The notes beneath the pieces were generated by a model that did not search any database, was not told the origin of the DNA, and saw nothing but the letters and a program-made list of their open reading frames with translations. A stretch of 64,000 nt of DNA from Paraspadella gotoi (Eukaryota; Animalia; Chaetognatha), in the NCBI GenBank assembly GCA_051294375.1, contig CM119263.1, forward strand, positions 30,926,053 to 30,990,052. Direction: 5' to 3'. Below are positions 23,692 through 35,827 of this stretch, piece after piece (position 1 is the first letter of the stretch; each line of letters begins with the position of its first letter). The position numbers were made by a program, and so were the translations under genes.

Positions 23692-23993
23692 GATGGCAGA
23701 GAGATGGCAGAAAGACGTGACAAGACAAGACAGGTAAGAGAAAGGAAAGGAAAGTAGAAATGAAAGGAGAAAGAAAGAAAAGAAAAAAGAAGAAGAAAAG
23801 AAAGGAAGAAATAAACCAAAGAAGAAAATAAGTTTTAGAATTTTAGATTTTAGTGAAAAAAAAATCACAATGTTTAAGATAATAAAACGATTTTTTTAAT
23901 TTAGCTAAATCAAGTTTGAACTTTTTTTGTGGCTCATCATCCCTTATTCTTTACTTTTCACACAGAAAATAAAATATATTTGAATTTCTTTCG

Positions 23994-24045
<52 letters not shown>

Positions 24046-24156
24046 TTATTTTTCTCCCTCTCTCTCTCGGTATAAGTGTCTCTGCCCCTCTTTCTCTCCC
24101 ATTCTCTCTCTCTGTCTCTACCTCTTTTCTCTATTCTGTTTCGCTCTCTCTCTCTG

Positions 24157-24189
<33 letters not shown>

Positions 24190-24779
24190 GTCTCTCTGGC
24201 TGCGTTTTCAGTGCAACAAGCGAAATGTCTAAATGTTTATTTTAACAAAAAACGTGGCTCCATGGGAGAAAATTTAATAGAGAGAGAGAGAGAGAGAGAG
24301 AGAAGGGGGAAGAGAGAGAGAGACAGAGACAGAGAGGGGGAAAAGAATTCCCCAAAGTGTGACTTATTTTAAAAAGGAAGCTTTGCTGCTGAAAGGATAG
24401 CGATAGAGTATTAAAAAAAGAGAGAGAGCGATAGAGATAGAGAAAGAGAGATAGAGAGAGAGGGAACGATAGAGAGAATTCGTTTGAATGTAATCTTACG
24501 CTTAAATGAACTTCTTATTTATCTATGAAATTTTATTATACAAAACGATAAGACTCAAGACAATATAATTATAATTACTAATATCTTTTAAATAAGTTTT
24601 ATTCCTTTTAATAAATTGTACGTATTCGAATTACATTTACCGCTTGGTCGCCTCCGGTTCGATTGATTGGTTTCCTTTTTGCTTCATTGCTTGATTTCTC
24701 GGTTGCTTGCCTGCTTGGCGCCATTTCCCGAACTTAAAGAAAAAAATTCCATTTTTCAAAATCCACTTTTCTTTACCTT

Positions 24780-25600
24780 TACCTCTCTTCTTTCTTGACT
24801 TTATTTTTTTCTTTCCTTTTTTCCTTCTTTCCTTTTTTCCTTATTTCCTATTTTCCTTCTTTGCTTTCTTCTATCTTTTCTTTCTTCCCTCTTTTCTTTT
24901 TTCCTTTCTTCTATCTTTTCTTTTTCCTTATTTCCTTTTTTCCTTCTTTACTTTCTTCTATTTTTTTCTTTCTTCCCTTTTTCCTTTTTTCCTTCTTTCC
25001 TTTTTTTCTTCTTTCCTTTTTTCCTTCTTTCCTTTTTTCTTTATTTCCTTATTTCCTTTTTTCTTTTTTGCTTTCTTCTATCTTTTCTTTCTTCCCTCTT
25101 TCCTTTTTTCTTTTTTCCTTTCTTCTATCTTTTCTTATTCCTTATTTCCTTTTTTCCTTCTTTACTTTCTTGTATCTTTTCTTTCTTCCCTTTTTCCTTT
25201 TTTCCTTTTTTCCTTCTTTCATTTTTTCCTTCTTTTCTTTCTTTTATCTTTCCTTTTTCCTGTTTCCTTTTTTCCTTCTTTCCTTTCTTCTACTATCTGT
25301 TCTTTTTTCCTTATTTCCTTTTTTTTTACTTTCTTGTATCTTTTCTTTCTTCCGTCTTTCCTTTTTTCCTTTTTTCCTTCTTTCCTTTTTTCCCTCTTTC
25401 CTTTCCTCCTTTTTCCTCCGCTTGCCTTTTTTTTCTTCTCCTTAATTTCCTTTCCTCCTTTTAATATTTTCCTCGCCGAAGATTTTATGTCCTCTTTTTC
25501 CCTTTTGTCCGACTTTTTATCGCTTTCTTTTCGCTCTTCCTCCTCCTCCTCTTCTTCTTCTTCTTCCTCCTCCTCCTCTTCTTCCTCCTCTTCTTAATTT
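24780..25600. repeat. Long polypyrimidine (C/T) low-complexity tract, duplicated at ~34570-35320
   Basis: Almost purine-free ttccttttt-type degenerate repeats. These are the source of the spurious Phe/Ser/Leu ORFs. Confidence 0.9.
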
Positions 25601-26326
25601 CCTATCTCTACTTTCGCTCTTGTTTTAAGAAGGAAGAGAAACGTCAACAATTGTGGTTTGCGGAATTTATAATAGAAGTTCCTAGTTTGTTTTAAAAATT
25701 AGACGATGGAAACTTCCAACAACAACAACGACGACAACAACAACAAAAAGAGAGGAAGTTGGCCTTATTTTCCCCGAGCGCTCTATTTCATATTAAATTT
25801 GGAATAAAATTAACCATGCATAATATACATTGTATATCCTTTGTTTTATTTTTCCTTCGATTTTCGAAAGGCGGCGCCGCAACCGCAAGGTCGGCGACTC
25901 TACGGTGCTCGGGAAATTCCCGCCGTGCTCGAGAGTCTGCAGTGCCCGAGTTTAAAGTCGCCCGCTTTCTTCGCTTATCTTTGTCACCGACAAAATCGAA
26001 GGCAGCAGCAGCAGAGACGGAGGCAGCAGCATTAGAAGCAGCCGACGCGAAGATTCAGGAGACTGGAAAGTTTGGGAAGAAAACAGGATGTGAGGAAAAC
26101 AGACTGAAGAAAGATCGAAAGAGAGAAAGAAAGAAAGATTGAAAGAAAGAAAGATAGAAAAAAGAAAGAAAGAAAGAATGAGATGATGGGAAATAAATAT
26201 CGACCTCCAACTGATCCTAGAACAGAAGACTTAATAGCAGAGAGAGAGAAAGAGAGAGAGAGAGAAAAAGATAGAAGATAGAGAGAAAAAACGAGAGAGG
26301 AGAGAGAGAGAGAGAGAGAGGAGAGA

Positions 26327-26370
<44 letters not shown>

Positions 26371-27992
26371 ATGACGACGACCTCGCCAAACAAATAATTT
26401 AAGCGCAACAAAACCTCGATTGACTTCGGACAGATTTTGCTCTTCCGCCATTTTGCTTTTTCTGGTTTTTTGCTTTTTTTGCCTTTTGCTTATGCAGAAT
26501 ATCAAATTATTAATATTTTTATCTTTTTTACACAAATATCATGCGTTCCCTGAATCATTTAGTTACTTATCTAATGAAATCGGTACCAGCAATATAAACG
26601 TTATCTATTCATTGAATAAATAAGCTATGACTTTGGACAGACCTCGATTCAGGCAAGAATTTAATATTTTTTTACAATATGAAACAGTCTGCAATAAAAT
26701 TCTTGTCCTTTTTCAACCAAATTGACTTATGATTTTAGATTTTGATTATATTCATTTTCCTTACGTATGGAAGCATTTTAATATTTAACAATTAATAAGA
26801 AATGCTTAAAAAATTTATATTTTTAAAAATAAGTTAGATAAAGGTTAGTATTACAAATTTCAAAAAATTTAATGATAAATAAGTTAAAATTGGAAAAAAA
26901 ATTTAAAAATTATCATCATCATCATCATTCAATAAATTTGATAGTTTTTTAATTTTCATAAACAAATCATTAAAATTTCAAAAAGTTGTAGTAATAAGCT
27001 TCATCTAACTTTTTAAGCTTTATCAGAATCCGATAAAAAATATTAAAATTTACTAAAAAATTTTTTGGACATTATATAGTAATTGGATAATATAAAATAA
27101 TATTATAATAATATTATAATAATATTAATAATAATAATATTAATATAATAATAATATTATAATATAATATTTTCACAATCTTTAATAAACACATTACCAA
27201 TATTTATACCGGACTTCAGGTAGTTTGTAACCTGTTCCGCTTGAGCCTCCACCCCTCTTTCATTTATTTACTCATGTATACATGATTTTAATAGTTTTAT
27301 TCATTCATACGTTTATTCATTCAACAATGTAATGCTGAATCCTAAACCCAATTTTTTAGCAATTTAGGACAATTATTAATGATAAAAAAATTTTGTTTGT
27401 TTACAGTTATGACGTCATCCATGTCGGAAAAAAAACATTTCTACGAAAAAATAAAAATGATGGAAAAATATTTGTACTAAGCCTAAGCTAAGGAGAAAGA
27501 ATTAAAACTGGAACAAAAAACGAAGAACAAAACGAAAATAAAATAAGAAAAAGAAAATAAAAGAACAAAAAGAAAAAAAATATGAAACGAAAATATTAAT
27601 TTTGCTGAAAAATTAATGAAACGAAGTTGAAAATGAAAAAGATAATGAAGTCTAATGAAAAGAACAACGACAACAACGACAACAACGACAACAACGACAA
27701 CAACGACAACAACGACAACAACGACAACAACGACAACGAAAAAGCAAAAGGAATAAAAAATTAAAAATCGAGTTTTTTCTGCTGTAGTTAGAATAAAGTG
27801 ATGGAGTTAGTTCAACAAACCTACAGTGATGGAGACAAACTTTACCTCGAAACATCCTCCTTTCTCCATCAAATCTGTTGCGTTGACCTGCATCAAATGC
27901 TGCAGTGAACCAACTCCAATGCTGTAGCAAACGGCATCTATTGCAGAGATCCACCTGCATTGCATCAGGCAGAATCCACGATGACTTCACCA

Positions 27993-28052
27993 ATGGCCAA
28001 CGCATCCTTTTTCCTCGTTTTTTTGACGCTGATGCACCTGTTATCACCTGCA

Positions 28053-28087
<35 letters not shown>

Positions 28088-28384
28088 GCGACAAGAATCG
28101 TTATCATTGTCCGCCCCCGAGGCGTTAGCGTTGGAGTCAGCGCCGGCGGCTGCCGCGTCGGGGGCGGAGGCAGCGGCATCGTTTAAAACGTCGGTTTCCT
28201 CGTCGGCTTTGTCGTCTCCGCAGTCGGCTATGGCGGCCAGAATGTCGGCTGCGAGTGCAGTGGAGGCGGCGGCGTCAGCGGCGGCGCCGGGCGGCGCGGC
28301 GGTGACATGCAAAAACTTTGTCGGTGGAAGAAGAGATAAAGTATCAGTTGCAGACGCACTTTGATGTTGCGCCGGTTAAATCAG
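27993..28384 (+). CDS. Candidate first coding exon with signal peptide and Thr/Ala-rich ectodomain, possibly of the downstream GPCR; duplicate at 42846-43234
   Basis: MANASFFLVFLTLMHLLSPA then poly-T, RRQESLSLSAPEALALESAPAAAASG. It ends at donor CAG/GTGAGA (28385). The frame near the 3' end is disrupted and the indels differ between the two copies. Confidence 0.45.
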
Positions 28385-28386
28385 GT

Positions 28387-28450
<64 letters not shown>

Positions 28451-28521
28451 GAGAGAGAGTGTGTAAACCTAGTAGTATATACTAAATCGATTGTGGAAAT
28501 AGGGAGGACAAAGGAAAGAAT

Positions 28522-28557
<36 letters not shown>

Positions 28558-28581
28558 GAGAAGAGAGAGAGAGAGAGAGAG

Positions 28582-28615
<34 letters not shown>

Positions 28616-29148
28616 AAAAAAATCCATTGAGATGTGCGCCAATTTTAAGGTGGAGAAAAGAAGTTGACAGGAAAATGTGATAATTCGAGGTGTGAAAAGA
28701 AAAGAGAAGAAGATGAAGATAGAGGTAGAGGATAGAGAAAAAGGATAGGTAACAGAGGGGAGAAGAGGAGGAAGAGGATAGAGGAAAAGGATAGGTAAAA
28801 GAGAGGAGAAGAGAAGATAGAGGAAGAGGAGGATAGAGGAAAAGGATAGAGGAAAAGGATAGGTAAGAGAGAGAAGAAGAGGGGATAGAGGAAGAGGATA
28901 GAGGAAAAGGACGGAAGGAAGAAGAAAAGAAGCGGTAGAGGGAGTAAGTTGAGAGACATGTTGAAAGAAAGGAAGAAGGTAAGGTACGTGACTTACTCAA
29001 AGTAATAGGATCATTGATAGGAATTTGAGCGTTGTTAAGTTCAAATTTGGTCATTTTAAAACATCTGAATTTTGGAAAAGTGAAGAGATGAAGAGGACGT
29101 GAAATGTGGAAAAGTGAGTGAAAGAGGGAAGGTGATTTCGAGTGAGTT

Positions 29149-29281
29149 AAAGCGAAGAGGGAAGTCAAAGTGAAGAGGTAAGTCAAAGCGAAGAGGTAAG
29201 TCAAAGCGAAGAGATAAATCAAAGCGAAGAGGTAAGTCAAAGCGAAGAGGTAAGTCAAAGTGAAGAGGTAAGTCAAAGTGA
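29149..29281. repeat. 18-bp tandem repeat aaag(c/t)gaagaggtaagtc; longer, noisier versions at ~43944-44235 and ~46311-46632
   Basis: Read directly; ~7 units in copy A. Confidence 0.9.
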
Positions 29282-29576
29282 AAAATCCGGGTGAAGTTTT
29301 TGAGGCCGCGATTCTCGACGGTTAATGGGGCGTGATGGTCGGAGAGGGACGGAGAGGGGATTTTGTGGGGAGGAATTGTGGGCGTTGTGGATATTGTGGA
29401 TAATGGATAAAAAGTGGATATAATGCGGAAGTGATTGTTGTGATTGTTAAGGATGAAAACTCCAAGGACTTGAACTCAGAGGTTAACATCGGTTTTAAAC
29501 CTGGAAAGGACTTTATTATGTTCCTTCGCTTGGACGACAACAGTTGAAAATTTTGATAGAATTCTTGAGACACGAT

Positions 29577-29699
29577 AACGATCGATCAATCAATCAATCA
29601 ATCGATCGATCGATCAATCAATCAATTAGTCAGTCAATCGATCAATAGATCAATTAATCGATCAATCAATTAATACATCAATGAATGAATGAAAGCATA

Positions 29700-29730
<31 letters not shown>

Positions 29731-29753
29731 CAATCAGTCAATCAATCAATCAA
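29577..29753. repeat. (ATCA)n/(ATCG)n compound tetranucleotide microsatellite, also at ~44530-44697 and ~46925-47097
   Basis: Read directly. Confidence 0.9.
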
Positions 29754-29989
29754 CAGAGGGATTTATCGTTACGAACGCCTGAAAATGATTGAGGCAGATT
29801 TAGTAACCAAGGGAATTGGTCATTGAGGCAAAGGATTTTCGTTGGATTAAACTCGCTTCATGCCGGCGGCGGAAGAGGAGGAGGAGGAGGAGGAGGCGGC
29901 GGCGNNNNNNNNNNNNNNNNNNNNNNNNNGCGGAGAGTCGGGGTCGGACAGAGAACTCTGTTGACGCTGAAATTGAGGAGGCGGGAGAG

Positions 29990-30040
<51 letters not shown>

Positions 30041-31231
30041 AGAGAGAGAGGAAGCTGGAGGTTAAAGGGTTAGAAGAAGGACACAAAGGAGGGAAGAAGC
30101 GGCAGCAGCAATAGCGGTTGCGGTGGCGGAGCTGCGGTGGCGGCGGCGGCGGCGGGAAATGAAGCCGATTTCTCCAATTGTTTATGATGCTATCGAAGAA
30201 GAGATTTTTTCGCGGAAGCGTCGATGCCGAAAATCCTTTGGTCATAAATGAGTGGAAGGAAAAAGGGATTTGAGTGAGGGAAGAGGAGGAAAAGGGATTT
30301 GGAGTAATAGGAAAAAGGGGATTTGGGGGAAAAGGATGAAACAAGGATTTTGGGGAAGAGGAGGAAAGAGATTTGGGGGAAGAAAAAGGGGATTTGGGGA
30401 GGAGAGAGGAGGAAAAGGGATTTGGGGGAAGAGGAAAGGCATTTGGGGGAAGAGGAGAAAAGGGGATTTGGGGAAGAGGAGGAAAATGGATTTGGGAGAA
30501 GAGGAATTATTAATTTAATTAAAGGGAAGAAATTTTAGGAAAAAAGAATATACGCAGATAAACATATATATATATATATATATGTAACTTATATAAATAC
30601 TTAGAAAAAGAAAGGCAGCAGCTTTAGAGTAAGTTCAAAAGCGAATCATCGAGAAACGATACTTACCTTTCCCGATTTCAGATCCTCTCGATCTTCCTTC
30701 ACGCCACCAGCGCCAATCTTTTCTTCACGGAACCAATCACAAAAACCGAGGACCAACGCACACATCAAACACCTGGCCAACACCACGTGGAAACAACACT
30801 GGAGCGATGGGAAAAAACCAATTCTACCTCAACAACGAAAACAACAACGACGATCGAGATCAGAATCATTACTTACCCGTCGATCACGTTATCGATCACG
30901 TGATTCTTCACGAAAATCGACGCTTTTTTTAATCACGTTAGTTTTTTGAAAAGTTTGAAGGAACATTTTATTTTTTCTTTTTTTGTTTTTTATAAATATT
31001 GACATTTTTTAAAAGATGAAATGAAATTATTTCATGGCAGGGGGGGGTTACGTAAAGTAATGAGAAGATTTAGGGGAAATTAATAATTTATTTATTTACC
31101 CGATTCTTACATTTTGCGTTTTAAAAATATCTTATTTATATTTCTGTATCGATTACTCGAGAAACGATACAGTCGGTGTTTCGAGGCAAGATGGCGTCTG
31201 CAAGCAAGCAGAGGGCACCAAGCTAACCTTA

Positions 31232-31268
<37 letters not shown>

Positions 31269-31443
31269 TCTTCTCTCTCTCTCTCTTTCTCTTCTCTCTC
31301 CTTCTCTCATCTCTCTCTGTTTTTTTTTTTCTCTCTCTCTCTCTCCCTCTCTTCTCTTCTCCAAGTTTACCTTCCCCCCCTCTCTCCCTCTTCTCATTTT
31401 CTCCACCCTCGTCTCTCTCTCTCTCCTCTCTTCTCTCTCTCTC

Positions 31444-31484
<41 letters not shown>

Positions 31485-31498
31485 CCTCCCTCTTACAG

Positions 31499-31579
31499 AC
31501 CCTCCCACCTCCCACTCCCCGCTCTTGTCGGTCGCCCCACGGGAGGCGGCAATCTATCTTCCGTTGACTCCAATAACAG
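31499..31579 (+). pseudogene. Duplicate of the GPCR N-terminal exon (48842-48921) carrying one extra G
   Basis: Same ctcttacAG acceptor and AG/GTAAAT donor, but 81 nt versus 80 nt (cacgggaggc versus cacggaggc). May be a consensus error. Confidence 0.55.
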
Positions 31580-31615
31580 GTAAATAGGTTGGGCGGAAAG
31601 AGAGAGGATGAGGAT

Positions 31616-31670
<55 letters not shown>

Positions 31671-32974
31671 AGAGAGAGGAAGGAGAGGGGAGAGAAGGAG
31701 GGAGGAGAAGAGAGAGAGAGAGAGAGAGAGGAAGGAGAGGAAGAGCAGAGGATTTAGGAAAAAGAAAAAGAGAGGATATATAAGGATATAAAGTAAGAGA
31801 TTTTAATTTTAAGAATTTTTAGAGAAATACTCATTCCTTTCTCGTTCACCACGTGACTTACCTTTTATCTACGATTCTCACTTTTTCTCTATTCGTCTTA
31901 AGACAATAAACAGTTTTCACGCTTGAGTTAAACCGAAGTTTTCTTTTCTGAGAAATAAAAGGATGACTTAACCGTCGGAGTAAAAAGGGGTCAAGGGAGA
32001 GCAGAGAAGAGAGAGAGAGAGAGAGAGAGGAGAGAAGATAGAGAGAGAGAGAGAGAGAGGAAGAGAGATGTTTTTGGGCAGGTGCGAGATTTAAGCAAAA
32101 TAAGTTTTTGAAGATGAATGGCAGAAGGGCAAAGAAGATATAGATTAAGAGCAGAAAGGTAGAAAATAAAAAATTAAGGGCAAAGAGATAAAAATATAGA
32201 GCAATAAGGTGCAAAGAGGATGAAAATTAAGGGCAAAAGGGTAAGGAAGATGAATTAAGGGCAAAAAGGGCAAAGTAAGAAAAAAATTAAGGGCAAAGAA
32301 GATTAAAATTAAGGAAAGCAAAGCGGGCTGAGAGAAAAATGAGAAGAAAAAAATAATCGAAATCGACAAAAAAGAGGAAAAAAAGAAAAGAAAATGAAAA
32401 AAAAAGAGAAAAAAAGAAAAAAAAGGAGCGCTAGAAATGTGAAGATGAAAAACGAAGATAGAACGAAACGCTTCCTGAAAAAAAGAGCAAAAATGGAAAA
32501 GTGAATAAAAAAAGTAGAAAAAGGGAAAACATAGAAATATGTGAATGAAAAAATGGCAAAAAAGAAAGAAAAATGAAAAAAAGAGAATAAAAAAATGGAG
32601 AAAGTATTAAAAAAAGAGAAAAGCGGGAAAAAGGGAAAAAGGGAAGAAAAAATGGAAAAAATGGAAAAAAATGAGAAAAATTGGAAATCGAGAAGAGGAA
32701 AAAGAAAAAGGAAGAAGAAAAAGAAAGAAATTGAGAATATTTTCTTTTTTTTTTCTGAATATGAATTCATTTGAATTCAAATTCGTTTAACTTTGATTTC
32801 GTTTTTCATGAGAATTTCACGAGTTTTGGATTTTTTTTATTATCTTCGTTTTCAGCCATCCGAATTCGAAGAATTTTAAATGCGTTTGTAACTTTGTTAC
32901 CCAAAGAAGTTGGAAAATTGATAGCAATAAATAAAAAATTAATGATATGATTAGTGTTAATTGTTAAGCAATTC

Positions 32975-33318
32975 GTTGTGAGTACTCGCGGAGCACTCTA
33001 GAGGACACTTTTCGGTCGTCTTGTCGGTCAGTCATATAATATAATATAATGCATATAATTTGCCTATAGTTAGTTGCTCATTGTTAAACAGAAAAAAACC
33101 TTAAATCTAAGGGACTTGCTAGCGCCGCCTTCAGGAATCCTTTAAAACTATAAGGTAAATAAAAGACGAAATTTTGATGCAGTGCATGTCTAAATACACG
33201 GGGAAAAAAGTTTTTAGTTCATGTCAATCACGTCATGTCATTCATTATACATATTATATGATCAAGGCGAAAATACACGTGAAAAATAAAGTCACTGCCG
33301 GCGCAACGCATTCCTTTT
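32975..33318 (+). mobile_element. Helentron-associated / DINE-1-like element, duplicate at ~50395-50738
   Basis: gagtactcgcggagc...ttttcggtc...gcgccgccttcagg...aataaagtcactgc(c)ggcgcaacgcattc. Confidence 0.65.
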
Positions 33319-33461
33319 TCATTATTTTGTTTGCCAGTATTCGATTCATGGACGAATCATTTTTCAAGTCAGTCGTAGAGTAAAAATGAACACAGAAAAT
33401 TTAGATGTGTAGTCGGGCATTGCATTGTTCCCCCGCCTATAAGCATGACACCTTCAGTCGT

Positions 33462-33672
33462 GACCCGTTTGCTCATTGAGTAAGGACATCAGCTATACAG
33501 TAGTACCGGGTCCAATCCCAACCCTGTAACTATCGGTAAGCGTGAGGATGTCGTAAGCCGCCTCTGGGGCGTGGAAAACCCTCAAACCTGTTCCAAGCCC
33601 AGGTACCCGTTCCATGGCTGCTGAGAGGGCATAGAACGATAAAGATAGTAGTCTCAGCCCACTTATCGCCAA
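33462..33672 (+). mobile_element. tRNA-derived SINE-like element, duplicate at 50883-51102
   Basis: The head gacccgtttgctcattgagtaaggacatcagct...ccgggtccaatccc has an A-box-like TGCTCATTGAGTA and a B-box-like GGTCCAATCCC at tRNA spacing. A non-tRNA body follows. Confidence 0.55.
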
Positions 33673-33957
33673 TCAGAGAGAGAGAGGAAGCTGGAGGTTA
33701 AAGGGTTAGAAGAAGGACACAAAGGAGGAAGAAGCGGCAGCAGCAATAGCGGCTGCGGTGGCGGAGCTGGCGGTGGCGGCGGCGGCGGCGGGAAAATGAA
33801 GCCGTTTTCTCCCAATTGTTTATGATGCGATACGAAGAAGAGATTTTTTCGCGGAAGCGTCGATGNNNNNNNNNNNNNNNNNNNNNNNNNCCCAGACGCC
33901 GCCGCTTACCTCTTTTCTCTATTCTGTTCGCATCTCCTCTCTCTCTGCTCTCTCTCT

Positions 33958-33988
<31 letters not shown>

Positions 33989-34076
33989 GGCTGCGTTTTC
34001 AGTGCAACAAGCGAAATGTCCTAAATGTTTATTTAACAAAAAACGTGGCTCCATGGAGAAATTTAAATAGATGAGA

Positions 34077-34130
<54 letters not shown>

Positions 34131-35581
34131 GAGAGAGACAGAGACAGAGAGGGGAAAAGAATTCCCCAAAGTGATGAACTTATTTTAAAAAAGAAGCTTT
34201 GCTGCTAAAGGATAGCGATAGTAAAAAAAAAACAGAGAGCGATAGAGATAGAGAAAGAGAGAATTAGAAGAGAGAAGAAGACATAGAGCTCTCGTTCTTG
34301 AAATGTAATCTTACGCTAAATTGAACTCTTATTTATCTATGAAATTTTATTATACAAAACGATAAAGACCTCAAGACAATATAATTATAATTACTAATAT
34401 CCTTTAAATAAGTTTTATTCCTTTTAATAAGTACGTATTCGAATTACATTTACCGCTTGGTCGCCTCCGGTTCGATTTGATGGTTTCCTTTTGCTTTCAT
34501 TGCTTGATTTCTCGGTCCCTTAGGCGCCATTTCCCGAACTTAAAGAAAAAAATTCCATTTTCAAAATCACTTTTCTTTACCTTTACCACTCTCTCTTTCT
34601 TGACTTTATTTTTTTCTTTCCTTCCTTATTCCTCATTTCTTCTTTGCTTTCTTCTATCTTTCCTCTTTCTTCCCTCTTTTCTTTTTCCTTTCTTCTATCT
34701 TTTCTTTTCCTTATTCCTTTTTTCCTTTTTACTTTCTTCTATTTTTTCTTTCTTCCCTTTTTCCTTTTTTCCTTCTTTACATATATATATATCTTCTTTC
34801 CTTTTTTCCTTCTTTCCTTTTTTCTATTTCCTTATTTCCTTTTTCTTTTTTGCTTTCTTCTATCTTTTCTTTCTTCCCTCTTTCCTTTTTTTTCTTTTTT
34901 CCTTTCTTCTATCTTTTCTTATTCCTTATTCCTTTTTCCTCTTACTTCTTGTATCTTTCTTCTTCCCTTTTTCCTTTTTCCTTTTTTCCTTCTTTATTTT
35001 TCCTTCTTTTCTTCTTTATCTTTCCTTTTCCTGTTTCCTTTTTTCCTTCTTCCTTTCTTCTACTATCTGTTCTTTTTCCTTATTCCTTTTTTACTTTCTG
35101 ATCTTTTCTCTTCCGTCTTTCCTTTTCCTTTTCCTTCTTTCCTTTCCCCCCCCTTTTTCCTCCGCTTGCCTTTTTTTTCTTCTCCTAATTTCCTTTCCTC
35201 CTTTTAATATTTTCCTCGCCGAAGATTTTATGTCCTCGTTTTCCCTTTTCGTCCGACTTTTTATCGCTTTCTTTTCGCTCTTCCTCCTCCTCCTCTCTTC
35301 TTCTTCTTCCTCTCCTCCTCTCATACACATACATCATATCTTAATTTCCTATCTCTCTTTCGCCTCTTTGTTTTAAAGAGGAAGAGGAAACGTCACAATT
35401 GTGGCTTTGCGGAATTTATAAAGCTCCTTCCGTTTGCTTTCAATAGACGATGGAAAACTTCCAACAACAACAACGACCGACACAACAACAAAAAGAGAGG
35501 AAGTTGCCTTTATTTTCCCCGAGCGCTTATTTCATATTAAATTTGGGAATAAAATTAAACCATGCGTAATATACATTGTAT

Positions 35582-35827
35582 TGATGCAGGATTGTTACTG
35601 CACGAGGGTTTGAACAGAGAATTGTTTACTTCAAACGATAAAATTAATAACAATAACAATTGATACTAGTCTAAACAATGAGACATATAAGGTTCAAATA
35701 CGAAAGCGGTAAATCATGTGAGAGAGAGAGAGAGAGAGAAGAACGAGAAGACGCCTGAGAGAGAGAGAGAGAGAGTCTTAAATAAGTTTGTCGATCGCAG
35801 CCAAGGTCACGTGTGGTTACTGCCACA
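35582..35827 (-). repeat. 3' LTR, preceded on the minus strand by polypurine tract GGTGGGGGATG (35838-35828)
   Basis: TG...CA termini; aligns with 40522-40755; contains a (GA)n tract. Confidence 0.9.

Larger units (their letters stand above)
24120..33672 (+). repeat. Copy A of a ~9.5-kb block re-occurring at 33908-46175 (copy B) and 46201-51101 (copy C)
   Basis: Collinear near-identity: 24120 matches 33908; 27780-28400 matches 42630-43250; 29035 matches 43835 and 46201; 33462 matches 50883. Confidence 0.95.

Noticed and set aside
33462-33535. Functional tRNA gene (also at 50883)
   Set aside because: The A/B boxes are degenerate, no clean cloverleaf forms, and it runs into a non-tRNA body. 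A SINE head fits better.
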